From Octopus sinensis (lineage: Eukaryota), in assembly GCF_006345805.1 (NCBI RefSeq), contig NC_042997.1, positions 152,334,001 to 152,398,000 on the forward strand: 64,000 bases of DNA, given 5' to 3'. Of the stretch, positions 1 to 12,199 are shown in pieces (position 1 is the stretch's first letter; each line of letters starts with the position of its first letter). The position numbers and the translations under genes were made by a program. The notes beneath the pieces are model-generated. The model saw nothing but the letters and a program-made list of their open reading frames with translations. It was not told where the DNA came from and did not search any database.

Positions 1-366
1 GCACCCCACTAACGACAAACAATCCACTGCAGGTAGATTGTCCTCCACCTTTTTCATTTCATTTTAGCTACACAATTCTTAGAGCCTATTGTGATAAAAT
101 TTTATAAATAGATTCTCATGTCAGACATGGTTGGACACCTTATTGATGTCAAAAGTAATTACATTGTTTTTACTGTATCTGTAATGTATTAGATCAGATC
201 ACTGGTAAATCTGCCTCTATAGCAACCATAACGGTAATCAATGAAGAGATAACAAAAAATGCAAGTTCATAAAGTAATCAATTACAACTCTCCATCAGTC
301 ACATAGCTAGATCTGCGTAGTCCTTGAGTTGGCTGTCTCTGCCCATGAAAAGCAACACTATACATA

Positions 367-578
367 TGAGCTGGCAGAAACATTAGCATGCCGGGCGAAA
401 TGCTTAGCGGTATTTCGTCTGCCATTACGTTCTGAGTTCAAATTCCGCTGAGGTTGACTATGCCTTTCATCCTTTCGGGGTTGATAAATAAAGTACCAGT
501 TACACACTGGGGTCAATATAATCGACTTAATCCGTTTGTCCCCTCTGTGTTTAGCCCCTTGTGGGCAGTAAAGAAATA
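367..578 (+). mobile_element. tRNA-derived SINE family B (GAGCTGGCAGAA...GTTCAAATTCC...CTTTCATCCTTTCGGGGTCGATAAA)
   Basis: B-box-like GAGTTCAAATTCC. Further copies near 25157-25568, 31355-31540(-), 51832-52063, 53700-54140 and 63470-64000. Confidence 0.8.
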
Positions 579-948
579 CATATATAATGTGCTGTCTTCC
601 AAAAATGCCACTTGGGATGAATTGTTCCCTACTTTCCTCAATTTATCTATGCTAGTGGTTTCAATAGCCTCTGAGCTATTTGTTGTTGAGCATATGGCCA
701 ACCTTCATTGAGCTGGACTGTCATCAAACATATTCCTGTCAAGATAACCTCATTTGTTTTCCAGGTATAATGGCATATTTCATTATGAAAAGTGTTCTTC
801 CATTTTTAAGGCAGTAGATTATAATTTGAGGGAGATTTCCCTACTATTTCCAGCAAGTCGAACAACATATTGTGACACCTTTGTTGATTCAACCTTTCAG
901 ATATTGAACATGAAGAAATGATATATCAGTAGTTAAGTGACTCACAAT

Positions 949-1063
949 CATTATTATAAAATAAACCCTTATCATAATACAAGAAACTATTGTTATTATT
1001 AGACTCTGGCATGCAGATATATTCCTTGCTTATTTTTATCACAGGTGGATAATAACCCCTTGA
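949..1063 (+). repeat. Duplicated copy of a MINDY4 intron end plus exon start (5189-5303)
   Basis: 115-bp ungapped match with 6 mismatches by manual alignment. Confidence 0.92.
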
Positions 1064-1772
1064 AGGTGATGAGGTGCATTATTGTGTATATCCATTGCTT
1101 ATGATGGCAATAGAGCAAATAGCAGCCACATTTCCCTCAAACTGTACCCATGAAAGTATGGAAAAAATTACTTTTTTTCTTAGACTGATCTGGAGAAAAT
1201 GCTTTGTGTGTATCATTCATAAACACTAATATGTTGAAAGTAAAATAGCAATATAGAGTAACTGAAAGCAATTAGCCACTCCAATGAAGGAACTTCAACC
1301 TTGTTGCTCAACCTGCAAGAAATAATAGCTAAATTTTCCTCAAATCATAACCAACCGCCATAAGAAAAGGACACATTGGACATTAGAGGCTAAGTATATT
1401 ATGTCCGCAAAACATGTATGAGAGTTAAAAAATAGAATGCCCTTGATCACAGGTCTGCTTGATCAGGGTTACCTGGGGTTAAATAACAGCGACAACAACA
1501 ATAACTAACCTCTAACCGATATAATGTGGGAGTCTTTATGTGGTTGCTTGATCAGATAGAAATAACAGGCAGATCTCCTTCAAATTGCACCTGACCATCT
1601 TTAAAAATAGTTTAGAGCACATTGGATGATAAAGCTTAAGATGCCTTTCAAAAGACTGGATGGCCATGGTTGGAATGTATTTACTCATAGATTAAAGGTT
1701 AAGCAACAACAACCAAAACAACAACAATGACAGCAACTAACCTACTTAATAAGCCCTTTTGTATGTTTCCAG

Positions 1773-1892
1773 GGTCTGAAAGCAACCCTTCAATCAATGG
1801 ATATCGAAATGCCAAGAACTGAGAGCAGTATCAACAACCGTGTGGCTCTCATGAAACAACTGCATATTGAGAAACTGATGAAGAAGAATAAG
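1773..1892 (+). CDS. MINDY4: MINDY4/FAM188B-like deubiquitinase, first exon in window (GLKATLQSMDIEMPRTESSINNRVALMKQLHIEKLMKKNK)
   Basis: ttccag|GGT acceptor and AAG|gtatgt donor; 120 nt, phase 0-0. Translation matches the MINDY4 N-terminus as recalled (GLKKT..MD.E.PR...SINNR..L...LHLE.L.K.NK). Confidence 0.9.
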
Positions 1893-2211
1893 GTATGTAT
1901 GCCACCTCTGCAGCTGTATCATTTCAGTTCAACTTTTTAACTTTTATTTAAGGTCTTTCCTCCTTATTGAGCATAGGGCATTGATGGCTTTTTATGACTG
2001 TTCTCAACTCTGGGCTGTCTTTTCCTCTCCTAAGTCTAGTTGGTTTGAATTATCAACAATCCTTCTGTAATTTTGCCTTTTTTTCTGTGTAGAGAGTGTT
2101 GGTCGAATGTAAACCTATTTTTACCTTTGGGAAGAGGTGGTCCATATTAACCTGGCTTCTGTCCTTTGACCTATCCATCACAGAAGACCCTGCTAGGAGC
2201 TTTCACTCTCC

Positions 2212-2460
2212 TGTGGAGGCATGTGGCTTAGTGGTTAGGGTGTTGGACCCATGATCATAAGATTGTGATCTCAATTCCTGGACCAGGTGATATATTGTGT
2301 TCTTGAGCAAGACACTTCATTTCACATTGCTCCAGTCCACTCAGCTGGTAAAAATGAGTAATCCTGTGATGGACTGGCATCCCATCCAGGTGGAGGATAT
2401 ATACGCCATGGAAACCAGGAAACTAGCCCTTATGAGTCAACATGACTTGAGAAAGAAACT
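2212..2460 (+). mobile_element. tRNA-derived SINE with GATGGACTGGC.TCCCATCCAG central block
   Basis: A-box TGGCTTAGTGG and a B-box-like motif. Related copies at 22724-22980(-) and 41500-41710(-). Confidence 0.75.
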
Positions 2461-3675
2461 TTCCCTTTTTTTCACCTTGCACTTTCCTGGAATAGCTCTC
2501 AGGATCATTGAAGCAGCAATGCACCTCATCACAACGAGGATTTGACCTTGTAGTGGAATTCGATTCAAGACTCCATTTTGGATGCATGCATGGCCATGAG
2601 GTTAAGAAATATGGTTTGCAGTTTTATGGTTTCAGGTTCATTCTCTCTCCAAAGCACCTTGGGTTAACCAAAGCCTTATAAAAGAAATTTGGTTGTGAGA
2701 AACTGTATGAAAACATGTCATCAATTATTTTTATTTTTGAGTGGAATATTTAATCCACCATCAAGTTTAACATAACCATCTCAATTTTTGCATTCAGGCC
2801 AGATCCTTGGTTTGAGATTAAATGTGTGTTTACCTCATCCCAGCCACAGAGCCCAGAAAAGGGGCTATGGTTATTACTCTTCCCTCTCTAGCTGCTACAA
2901 AACATATTTTCCCCGTTTTTCGATCTGTTTTGCATTGCTGATATGGGTCAATTGTTTTACTTTTTTGTGCAACTATTGTTTATGATGTCTTTTAGCCCTA
3001 GGCCTTTCCAGCTTTGTGCAGATTTATCCTATCTTTTTATCAATCTACTTCAACATTGTACAAGGTGGCCTTCATTTTTCAAGTTTGCAGAGTATTTATA
3101 GTATACTTGAAGGCATAAAAAGTGCATATTAGATGCACCCTAATTACAGTAACTTATATTCATGAAAAAATGTTTTTAAAGCATTAAATCTTTTGGGAGG
3201 CCCAACTTCGTTTATAGGACTCATTTGAGGCATTTTGTTTGGTATAAAGTGCTCTTTATATGCCACCAAATACACTTTCATTGCGGATACTAGCATGTCA
3301 CTATAGTTATTTTTACACCTGAGTAATTTGGCAGTATCATTGAGCATTGGACAAAATACCTTACAATGTTTAGTTATAGCTTTTTATCTTCTAAGTTCAA
3401 ATCTCACTGATGTCAACTTCACTTTTTATCCTTTCAGAGTCAATAAAATGAAATACTAGTTTAATACTGAGGTTGATGGTTATTGACTAATTCCCTCCCT
3501 CAAATTTCTAGCCTTGTACCTCTGCTACATGCAATCATCTATTATTAATCATTTAATCAGTCAACTGAGCAGCAGGGATGAAATGTGGGGGTTTTTTTTT
3601 TTTTTTGTTTTCATTCAGCAAAAATAACTGGAACAAGAAAAAAATTATGTACCTTGTTTGGAAACATAATAGAAT

Positions 3676-3935
3676 CGTCATCATCATCGTTTAACGTCCG
3701 CTTTCCATGCTAGCATGGGTTGGGCGGTTTGACTGAGTGCTGGCGAACCAGATGGCTGCACCAGGCTCCAGTCTTGATCTGGCAAAGTTTCTACAGCTGG
3801 ATGCCAACCACTCCGAGAGTGTAGTGGGTGCTTTTATATGCCACCGGCACGGGGGCCAGTCAGGTGGTACTGGCAATGACCTCGCTGGAATCTTCTTACA
3901 CATGCCAACGGCACAGGTGCCAGTAAGGCGATCGG
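3676..3935 (-). mobile_element. RTE-type LINE 3' end with (GAT)n tail
   Basis: Shared ...CTACAGCTGGATGCC...CCACTCCGAGAGTGTAGTGGG block. About 15 copies in the window; one is contiguous with an RTE ORF at 57870. Confidence 0.75.
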
Positions 3936-4536
3936 AAAAGTGTAACCCAAGATACACAGAAAAAATGACAAATAGTCATGGATGGAATACTTTTGGTTGT
4001 AGGTTCTTGTTGATCTGAGATGACTTAAGGTTAAATAACAAAAACAACCTCTGTTCTACCAACAAATTACTTGTTATACTCTGTAGATTGTAGCTGCTGA
4101 CCTTCTTGTCTTGGTTTGTTAAATAAATGATGTTGTTTAACCCCAGCTTAGCCTTCATTGAGCAGTTCTATGATCAAAAGTATGTCCGACATGACTGTCC
4201 ACTCTGTCTTACTTGTTTGCCAGTGTGTCTGGGGACTATCCAGTATGTCTCCTTTTGAAACAACAAAGCAGTATTACTCATCCTGTTTGGTTGGTGGCAC
4301 ACCGAGGATTAAATAAGAAATAGCAGCACTCTGGAGATTAAATAAAAAAAAATGGATGTGGACTGGAGATTAAGTTAAATAATCGGACCATACTGGATGT
4401 TATATGAAAAGTAGTGGCACACAGGAGACTTAAGAGAAAATATACTGGTCCATTTCACATTCAAAGTTAGTCAAAACTATATGTTAGATTTGAAAATTAG
4501 AAAAGATCCAAAAAATTCTTGATTACCTTGATTTCA

Positions 4537-5110
4537 TCATCATCATCATCATCATCGTTTAACGTCCGCTTTCCATGCTAGCATGGGTTGGACGATTTTA
4601 ACTGTGGGCTGGCGAACCAGATGGCTGCACCAGGCTCCAATCTTGATCTGGCAGAGTTTCTACAGCTGGATGCCCTTCCTAACGCCAACCACTCCGAGAG
4701 TGTAGTGGATGCTTTTTACGTGCCACTGGCATGGGGGCCAGTCAGATGGTACTGGAAACGATCTCACTCGAATCTTTTTACACATGCCACCTGCACATGT
4801 GCCAGTAAGGTGATGCTGGTAACTCAAATGGTGCCTTTTATGTTCCACCAGCATGGAAGCCAGTTACTCGCTCTGGCAATGATCACACTCAGATGGTGCT
4901 CTTAGCACCCTACTAGCATGGGCACAAGTGCCAGTAAGGTGACGCTGGTAATGTTCACACTCGAATGGTGCCTTTTATGTGCTACTGGCACAGAAGCCGG
5001 TTAGCCGCTCTGTCAACGATCACACTCGTATGGTGCTCTTTGCACCCCGCTAGCCCAGATGCCAGTCATCGAATTTGATTTTGATTTTGATTTCACTTGC
5101 CTCAACAGGG
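4537..5110 (-). mobile_element. RTE-type LINE 3' UTR with tandem GTGCCAC..GGCAC units
   Basis: (CAT)n tail on + strand, the conserved terminal block and several ~60-bp sub-repeats. Confidence 0.75.
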
Positions 5111-5284
5111 CTTGATTTATTAAACATATTTGTATGATCAACTTCCATCCTCCCCTCAAAATGCTGGCCTTGTGCCAAAATTAGTAAACATTATTATAAA
5201 ATAAACCCTTATCATAATACAAGAAATTAATGTTATTATTAGACTCTGGCATGCAGATATCTTCCCTGCTTATTTTTATCACAG

Positions 5285-5426
5285 GCGGATAGTAACCCCT
5301 TGAGGAGTATGGTAGAAGTTGTTACAAAATTTATTTTGGAACAATCTGACTTTTGTAATACCATCCTTGCGAAATCAAATTCTTCTTCAAAGTCATCTCA
5401 ACTAAATACAGCTTCTGAAAGAAAAG
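5285..5426 (+). CDS. MINDY4: MINDY4 exon (ADSNPLRSMVEVVTKFILEQ...ASERK)
   Basis: atcacag| acceptor and G|gtaaaa donor; 142 nt, phase 0-1. NPL+S.+E+.T++ continues the MINDY4 N-terminal block. Confidence 0.88.
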
Positions 5427-6359
5427 GTAAAACATTTTTTTTTCTCTCTTTCTATCTTGTATAAAATTAATGTCTAAAGAGTACATGTAAATGGTTTAGT
5501 TTAATGAGAACTTACACCCACCAACACACACACATACGCGCACGTATATATATATACATACATACATACATCATATATATGTATATATATATACACAGAC
5601 ACACATACATATATTATGTATTATGTATTATACATACATGTATAAAATATAAATAATATATATATATGTGTATATATATATATGTATATATGTGTATATA
5701 TATACACACATGTATATATATATATATATATAATATATATATATATATATACGTATATATATATGCATATATGGGTACAGGACATCACCAACTGTGTAAA
5801 CAACATGAAATATGAAAACAAACAAGTTAAATATGCAAAAAATGAGAGAAAAATGGCAAATAAGACATATGTTTATAATGTATGTACATATACACACATA
5901 TTTATATATACATATATGCTGGCAGAGCCCTCAAGTACCTTCTCCATATCTTCCCATCAAAAGTATCCGTCTTTACACTTTCCTGTTGCATTTCCAGGTG
6001 TGACCAACTGAAACTATGGATATTACACAAACATATTGCTCTTGGTCTATCCCTAAGTCTTTTGCCAAATGTCTTGGTTTGAAGAATCTATCTTGTATTC
6101 CTTTCCTGTGGGTTTCTAACCACTTGCCCATAGTACAAGAGCTATGACCTCTCAGTGTAGAGAAGTAGCAACACAAACTGGAAAGACACTGACCACTGAG
6201 CAACACATTCTGTTGATTAACATCACTCCAGAGATCCCCTTTCAGCCACTTGTCCCTTGTATTTGTAATCACATGCTCACGAACATAGGTGACGATAGGA
6301 ATAAAAGTTATATTAAAGATAGCATTTTTTTTTTTTTGGATAACAACTTCTCTTTTTAG

Positions 6360-6670
6360 GCTTTGAATCTTGAAGTTGGCTCACTACTGTGCCAGCATCT
6401 GCAGTTTTGGCATCCTATTCTGCCTCCCATGACTTATAAATGTGGATCTGAAATACTTAAACTTCTCCACTTGCCTCTGTGATGTTCCACTAACATGCAA
6501 AATGTGTTGGGATTACTTTCTTGAGAGAACCAATATCTAAATCTTTGCAACACTAATTCTTATCCTTGCATTGCAGCACTTGGCCATGAATCCATTCAGT
6601 GCATGTTTGAGATCCCCTTCTAATGAGCCAAATAGCACCATGTCATCTGCAATTATCAGCTGAATTCTTA
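6360..6670 (-). mobile_element. Decayed RTE-type reverse transcriptase fragment
   Basis: Minus strand reads RIQLIIADDMVLFGSLEGDLKHALNGF (ADD motif), with stops downstream. Confidence 0.6.
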
Positions 6671-6711
6671 ATCACTCAGCCATTTGTAAATATATTGGTT
6701 TCAAATTTTGA

Positions 6712-6938
6712 TTAACACTTTTGTTACTGTATTTATTTTGAGATGCTCTGTGTTTCTTTCAATTACTTTAAATATAACAAAGAATTTAGTAAAATAACTT
6801 CGTTATCATTCAGCTAATGTTAGGAACATAAATTGTGTCTAAGGCTTGGTGGAAGATTTTAATTCAAAACTTATGAAAACAAGACATTAGTACTCAGAGC
6901 CAGAGCCAGTTTCAGCCGGGTTGGTAACAAAAGGGTTA
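6712..6938. mobile_element. TTAA-flanked (piggyBac-like) MITE family 1
   Basis: TTAAC(A/C)CTTTTGTTAC...GTAACAAAAGGGTTAA termini. Other copies at 7007-7487 (interrupted), 14387-14621, 21137-21354 and 23864-24094. Confidence 0.75.
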
Positions 6939-7693
6939 AACACATTAGTCTGTAAACTAGTTTAATGTTGTTACTCATATCTTCTAAGATTACATAAAAT
7001 TAGCTGTTAACCCTTTTGTTACCGTGTTCATTTTGGGATGCTCTGTGTTTTTTTCAGTTAATTTTAAATATAACAAAGAATTCAGTAAGGCTAGCCACTG
7101 GATTTGGTTAAAAAGAGACGATGAGCGATGGCTAGAAGACTATTGAGCTTTATTTGATAACCAGCTGATCTAGCAAGTGGGGCCTCATATCAGTGAGGTG
7201 GGGCCGGTGCGCATTGGTGCCATTGAGAGGTAGGCCCCGAAACGGCACGCATTCTCTCCTGATGACCCTATTCACTTGCTGGCTTCCGGTATGCAGAGTT
7301 TTTGACTGGTACCACTTGCATGTGCAAGTTGTTTGCAAGACAACTTAGTTATCATTGAGCTGGTGCTAGGAACACAAATTGTAACCAAAGTTTAGTGGAA
7401 GATTTTCATCCAAAACTTATGAAGACAAGACATTTGTGCTACAGAGCCAGTGGCAGTTTCAGCCAGGTTGGTATCAAAAGGGCTAAAGGAGATAGATGTA
7501 TTAGCTTTCTTGTATCAAGAGAAAAGAGAGTGGCACAGCTTCCAGCCATATCATTGATCATAATCAGAATAATACTGTGGTCATTGTATCTTTTATATCA
7601 GAGCCTTCATTTCACACAACACCAACAAAAGCAATTAATAATTTCTATGACAAGAAGGAGGCTTCTATTCTGTTGTTGATGGTTTGTTTTCAG

Positions 7694-7848
7694 AAGATAA
7701 AGAGGAAAGAAAAGAAATGATGGATGTCAACAAATTTCCTGTAAAATCTTCTCTGATTGGAGCTAATGGAGATTTTTCACCAAAGGCGCAGAGTGAAATT
7801 GCTAGTCAAGTGAAAAGTACCAATAATTCTAGAAAGCTAAATGGACAT
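7694..7848 (+). CDS. MINDY4: MINDY4 exon, disordered linker (EDKEERKEMM...KLNGH)
   Basis: ttttcag| acceptor and CAT|gtaagt donor; 155 nt, phase 1-0, fitting both neighbours. Lies within ORF 7684-7968. Confidence 0.8.
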
Positions 7849-8456
7849 GTAAGTATTCTTTTCCTTTTTTTCCTTTTCTTACTTCTTTCAGTCATTGGGC
7901 TGGAGCCATCTTTGGGGCACTGTCTTGAAGTGTTTAGTCAAACAGATCAACTCCAGTACTCATTTTAAAGCCTGGTACTAATTTCATTGGTCTCTTTCAC
8001 CAAAACATTAAGCTTCAGGAATGTAAACAAACCAGCACCCATTGTCAAATGATGGAAGGAAGGACAGCCAAAAGCACAACGACACACACACACACACACA
8101 CACATTTATTATAAACATGTTAGATACTCACGCACACACTCACACACACCATTCCCACATACACATATGCACTTGTGAACCTTAGCTTCGTCTGGGTCAC
8201 TATTATTATCTTCTTTTCATTCAGCCTCTTTCTTTTGGGCATTTCATCATGTTGAACCATTAATCTTTAAATATTTTTCTCTCTCCGTTTCTTTCGTTCC
8301 CTCTCTGTTTTTGTTTTTCCTTCTCAATCCTTTCTGTTGAAGAGCGTAGACTCAAAATGTCAAAACTCTTCCATTATTCTTGAGTGTTAAACTTAAACAC
8401 CTGACCTGTTTGTTGTTCCCTCACCTGTCTTTATCTTCTGTTTTCTGTAAATTTGA

Positions 8457-8516
<60 letters not shown>

Positions 8517-8524
8517 TTATTTTA

Positions 8525-8903
8525 TAAGTACAAAGTGAGATAGGGGTTATGAGTGTAACCCACTATGGGATATCAGTTATCCAATATACTGCTAGTGAAG
8601 TACCCAAAAGGCAAATACATAAATGCATATAATTGCAATGCAATTAATTCATTTATTGTATTAGATGGGCGAAGGTAAAATATTTTACCTCAAATTCATA
8701 ATACAAATAAGAAAATGGAGGAACAGATTCCTTTCAATCATCGACTTACAGATCTTACCAATTCATATTATTTATTTATTAACTATATAAATAGGAACAT
8801 CCAAATCCAACAGAATAAAACAATATACATCAATAAGTAAGATAATACCATTACCTGTAAGTCGATGATTGAAAGGAATCTGTTCCTCCATTTTCTTATT
8901 TGT
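8525..8903 (+). mobile_element. Fold-back repeat element (possibly Penelope-like), with a perfect 49-bp internal inverted repeat
   Basis: Arms at 8703-8751 and 8855-8903. Homologous copy in opposite orientation at 13020-13508. Confidence 0.6.
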
Positions 8904-8911
8904 GTGTGTAT

Positions 8912-9470
8912 ATCATCATCATCATCATCATCATCATCATTTAACGTCCGCTTTCCATGCTAGCATGGGTTGGACGGTTCAACTGGGGTTTGGGGAGCCC
9001 GAAGGCTGCACCAGGCCAGTCAGATCTGGCAGTGTTTCTACAGCTGGATGCCCTTCCTAACGCCAACCACTCCGAGAGTGTAGTGAGTGATTTTATGTGC
9101 CACCGACACAGGTGCCAGACGAGGCTGGCGAACGGCCACGCTCGGATGGTGTTTTTTATGTGCCACCGACACAGGTGCCAGATGAGGCTGGCAGACGGCC
9201 ACGCTCGGATGGTGTTTTTTTATGTGCCACCGACACAGGTGCCAGATGAGGCTGGCGAACGGCTACGATCGGATGGTGTTTGTTACATGCCCACAGCACG
9301 GAGGCCAGTCGATGCGGTACTGGCTACGGCCACGTTCGGATGGTTTTCTTGTGTGCCGCCGGCACTGGTACCACAAAGATACAAATTCCATTGATGTTCA
9401 TCTATTTTGATTTGGTTCGATTTTCACTTGCCTCAACAGGTCTTCACAAGTGTCACAAGAAGGAAGGTAT
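8912..9470 (-). mobile_element. RTE-type 3' UTR with 3-4 near-identical ~60-bp tandem units
   Basis: Unit TTTTATGTGCCACCGACACAGGTGCCAGA.GAGGCTGGC..ACGGCCACGCTCGGATGGTG repeated across 9091-9350. Confidence 0.75.
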
Positions 9471-10867
9471 GCATATATATATATATATATAATATTATAT
9501 ATATATATATGTATATACACCCATATATATATATGTGACAGGCTTCCACTCATCTTTTGTGTACCAAATCATAGATATTGTTTGATCATATGAATGTTAT
9601 GTGATAATACCACCATATTATAATGTTGCAGTGATATATTAAAATAAATGAAATACTTGGATATGCTTTCAATGACTGTAAGCTTCATGTTAATCTGGAA
9701 CTGTGTGTACATGCATAATCCCACACACGTGCACACAGGCATTTGTGCACATATTCACATACTCTCTCAAATACTCACAGATTTGTTACAATAGTGCAAG
9801 CAAGGCTATGCTATTTAAAGTTTGCTATCATTGGGTGGTACTTCAAGCAAATGCCTTCTACCTTAGTCTCAGTTTAACTCAAGCTTTTTGAATGAAACTA
9901 GATTGATGGTAACAGTATAGAAGCTTGACAGATGAAGTATACATGTTCTTGGATTCTTTTGCAAATTGCGGACAACAAACGCTGACATATGAAGTGCCAC
10001 ACCAGAATTAGGTCGAGACAGAAAATACACAAAAATCATTTAGAAATAAAATACTGCACAAGATATCATATTATATAATGATATCGTATAGCAAATGTCA
10101 TATAGAAATATATATATATGGTCATCGCCAGTACCGCCTTACTGGCCCATGTGTAAAAATTCGAGCGAGGTCGTTGCCAGTACCGCCTGTCTGGCCCCCG
10201 TGCCGGTGGCACGTGAAAGCACCCACTACACTCTAGGAGTGGTTGGCGTTAGGAAGGGCATCCAGCTGTAGAAACTCTGCCAGATCAAGACTGGAGCTTG
10301 GTGCAGCCATCTAGTTCGGTAGCCCACAGTCAAACCATCCAACCCATGCTAGCATGGAAAGCGGACGTTAAACGGCGATGATAATGATGACGATGATATA
10401 TATATATATAGCCTTTAAGTTCGTTTACAGGAAGCATTTTGAATATGCAAATAAAAGCTCTTATTCTATTATGCCTGCTACAGCCTAATGATGCCAACTC
10501 GTGATACCAGTTTTTTGGGAGGTTACACTGAATTGTACCGATATAATGTAGAATAAATATCATCATCATCATGCCTGTTTTCCATGCTGGCATGGGTTGG
10601 ATGGTTTGACTGATCTCTGAAAGCCAGCAGCTGCCCTAGGCTCTAAGCTGATTTGGCAACGTTTCTACAGCTGGATGCCCTTCCTAACATCAACCACTCC
10701 AAGAGTGTAACAGGTGCTTTTTATGTGTCACCAGCACAGGAGCCCGTGAAGCAGGCCTGGTATTGATCGCATTCAGACAGTGCTTTTTACGTGCCACCAG
10801 CACAGGAGCCAGTCAGGCGGATTTGGCATCGACCATGTGGACCTGGCTTCAACAAGTAATAATAATG

Positions 10868-10917
<50 letters not shown>

Positions 10918-11287
10918 CTTTGAATGGAATTTTTAAATAATACTATATATATATCTTATGTATTCTATACTACTTTTGATTCCCATTCTATCATTTATAT
11001 TGATCTCAGTACAAACATTTGATTTTGATCACTAACAAATGCAGGGTTTTTCATGCAAACTTTTGTCCTCCTCAGATATAATCCCTACAGTAACAGGAAT
11101 CCCTCAAGTCATATTTTGCTGTGTTAAAATTGTATATAAAGACTAATTGGCAGGAAAAAATGTTCACTGGATGCTACACTTCCTTCTGTCACTAAACATT
11201 AGAAAAACTATTTTTAATGAGTAAATGGGAAAAAAAACTAAAATAAATTTCGTTAAGTGAGCCTATTTCATATATATACGCACATAC

Positions 11288-11503
11288 ACGAGGGGGTGCT
11301 GAAAAGTTCATGGTCTTGGGTAAAAGAAAATACAAGAGGATCAGTTAATTATGATTCTAGTCAACATACTCCCCGCTCAGATTCACACTTATTGCAATGG
11401 TCCTTCAGTTTTTCTAAGCTCTGTAAAAGAACTCGGAATGTTGGACGTCCAACAAGGTCTTTTGCAATACCTTTAAAGCTTGGAACTTGTCACACACACC
11501 CTT
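11288..11503. mobile_element. Tc1/mariner-derived MITE
   Basis: Imperfect TIRs ACGAGGGGGTGCTGAAAAGTTC and GAACTTGTCACACACACCCTTA in a TA-rich context. Confidence 0.6.
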
Positions 11504-11522
11504 ATATATATATATATATATA

Positions 11523-11873
11523 CTAGCAGTATCGCCCGGCGTGCTCAGGTTTGTAAGGGAAATAACTATAAAGCATTTTAGAGAGTAATAGCCAAAAAAT
11601 GGAAAAAAATGATGGTAAATTTTTTTTGAGAGTAATAAAAGGTGAGTTGCGCCCCTAGACAGTCTGTGTGTTGTTTTTTTGTATTCTCGACCCAATGTCG
11701 AATTTATCGATTTTTTTTCAGAACGGGGAACTTTTCAAAATTTTCGTGCGTTAGTTTGAATATGACATGGGGCTATGTGTGTGTCAATTTCATCAGATCG
11801 GTTGAAACGTGGTCAGGGTGATACGAAAACAGACACACAGAACACGCACAGACACTGCCGTTTTATAGAGAGA
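11523..11873 (-). mobile_element. Non-autonomous Helitron
   Basis: On the minus strand: 5' TC(TCTCTATAAAACGGCAGTGTCTG) start, GC-rich subterminal segment, CTAG 3' end; inserted between A and T inside (TA)n. Confidence 0.7.
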
Positions 11874-11922
11874 TATATATAATATATGTATGTATGTGTA
11901 TATATATATATATATAGATTAT

Positions 11923-11995
<73 letters not shown>

Positions 11996-12199
11996 GGAGA
12001 TATATATATATATATATATATATTTGTTGAAATAGAAAGATGAATTTTCTTGTTACAGATTATTCAAAAGTTTAACCGATACCTGGGTAGCAAAAATCAC
12101 ACCAGAAAATACACAGTTCAGCCATGGGCTCTTAAAGAGCCTCCTCGTTTGAATTGCTGCGCCTCTGTTCTGTTTTGTTCTGTCAAAGGAATTCCTGTT

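Noticed and set aside
1-1772. First coding exon of MINDY4
   Set aside because: No ATG exon resembling the expected ...SLVRE.L.RK segment was found; it presumably lies upstream of the window.
3737-4018. Recurrent FLQLDALPNANHSESVVGAF peptide suggesting a gene family
   Set aside because: Antisense translation of the repeated RTE 3' end; frames and stops vary between copies.
5621-6082. IY/YI-rich ORFs (also at 12466-12875, 13402-13684, 28709-29334, 44778-45152)
   Set aside because: Translations of (TA)n and (TG)n microsatellites, not genes.
9091-9360. CRISPR-like regularly spaced palindromic repeats
   Set aside because: Units are contiguous tandem copies without unique spacers, there are no cas genes, and the context is a eukaryotic retroelement UTR.
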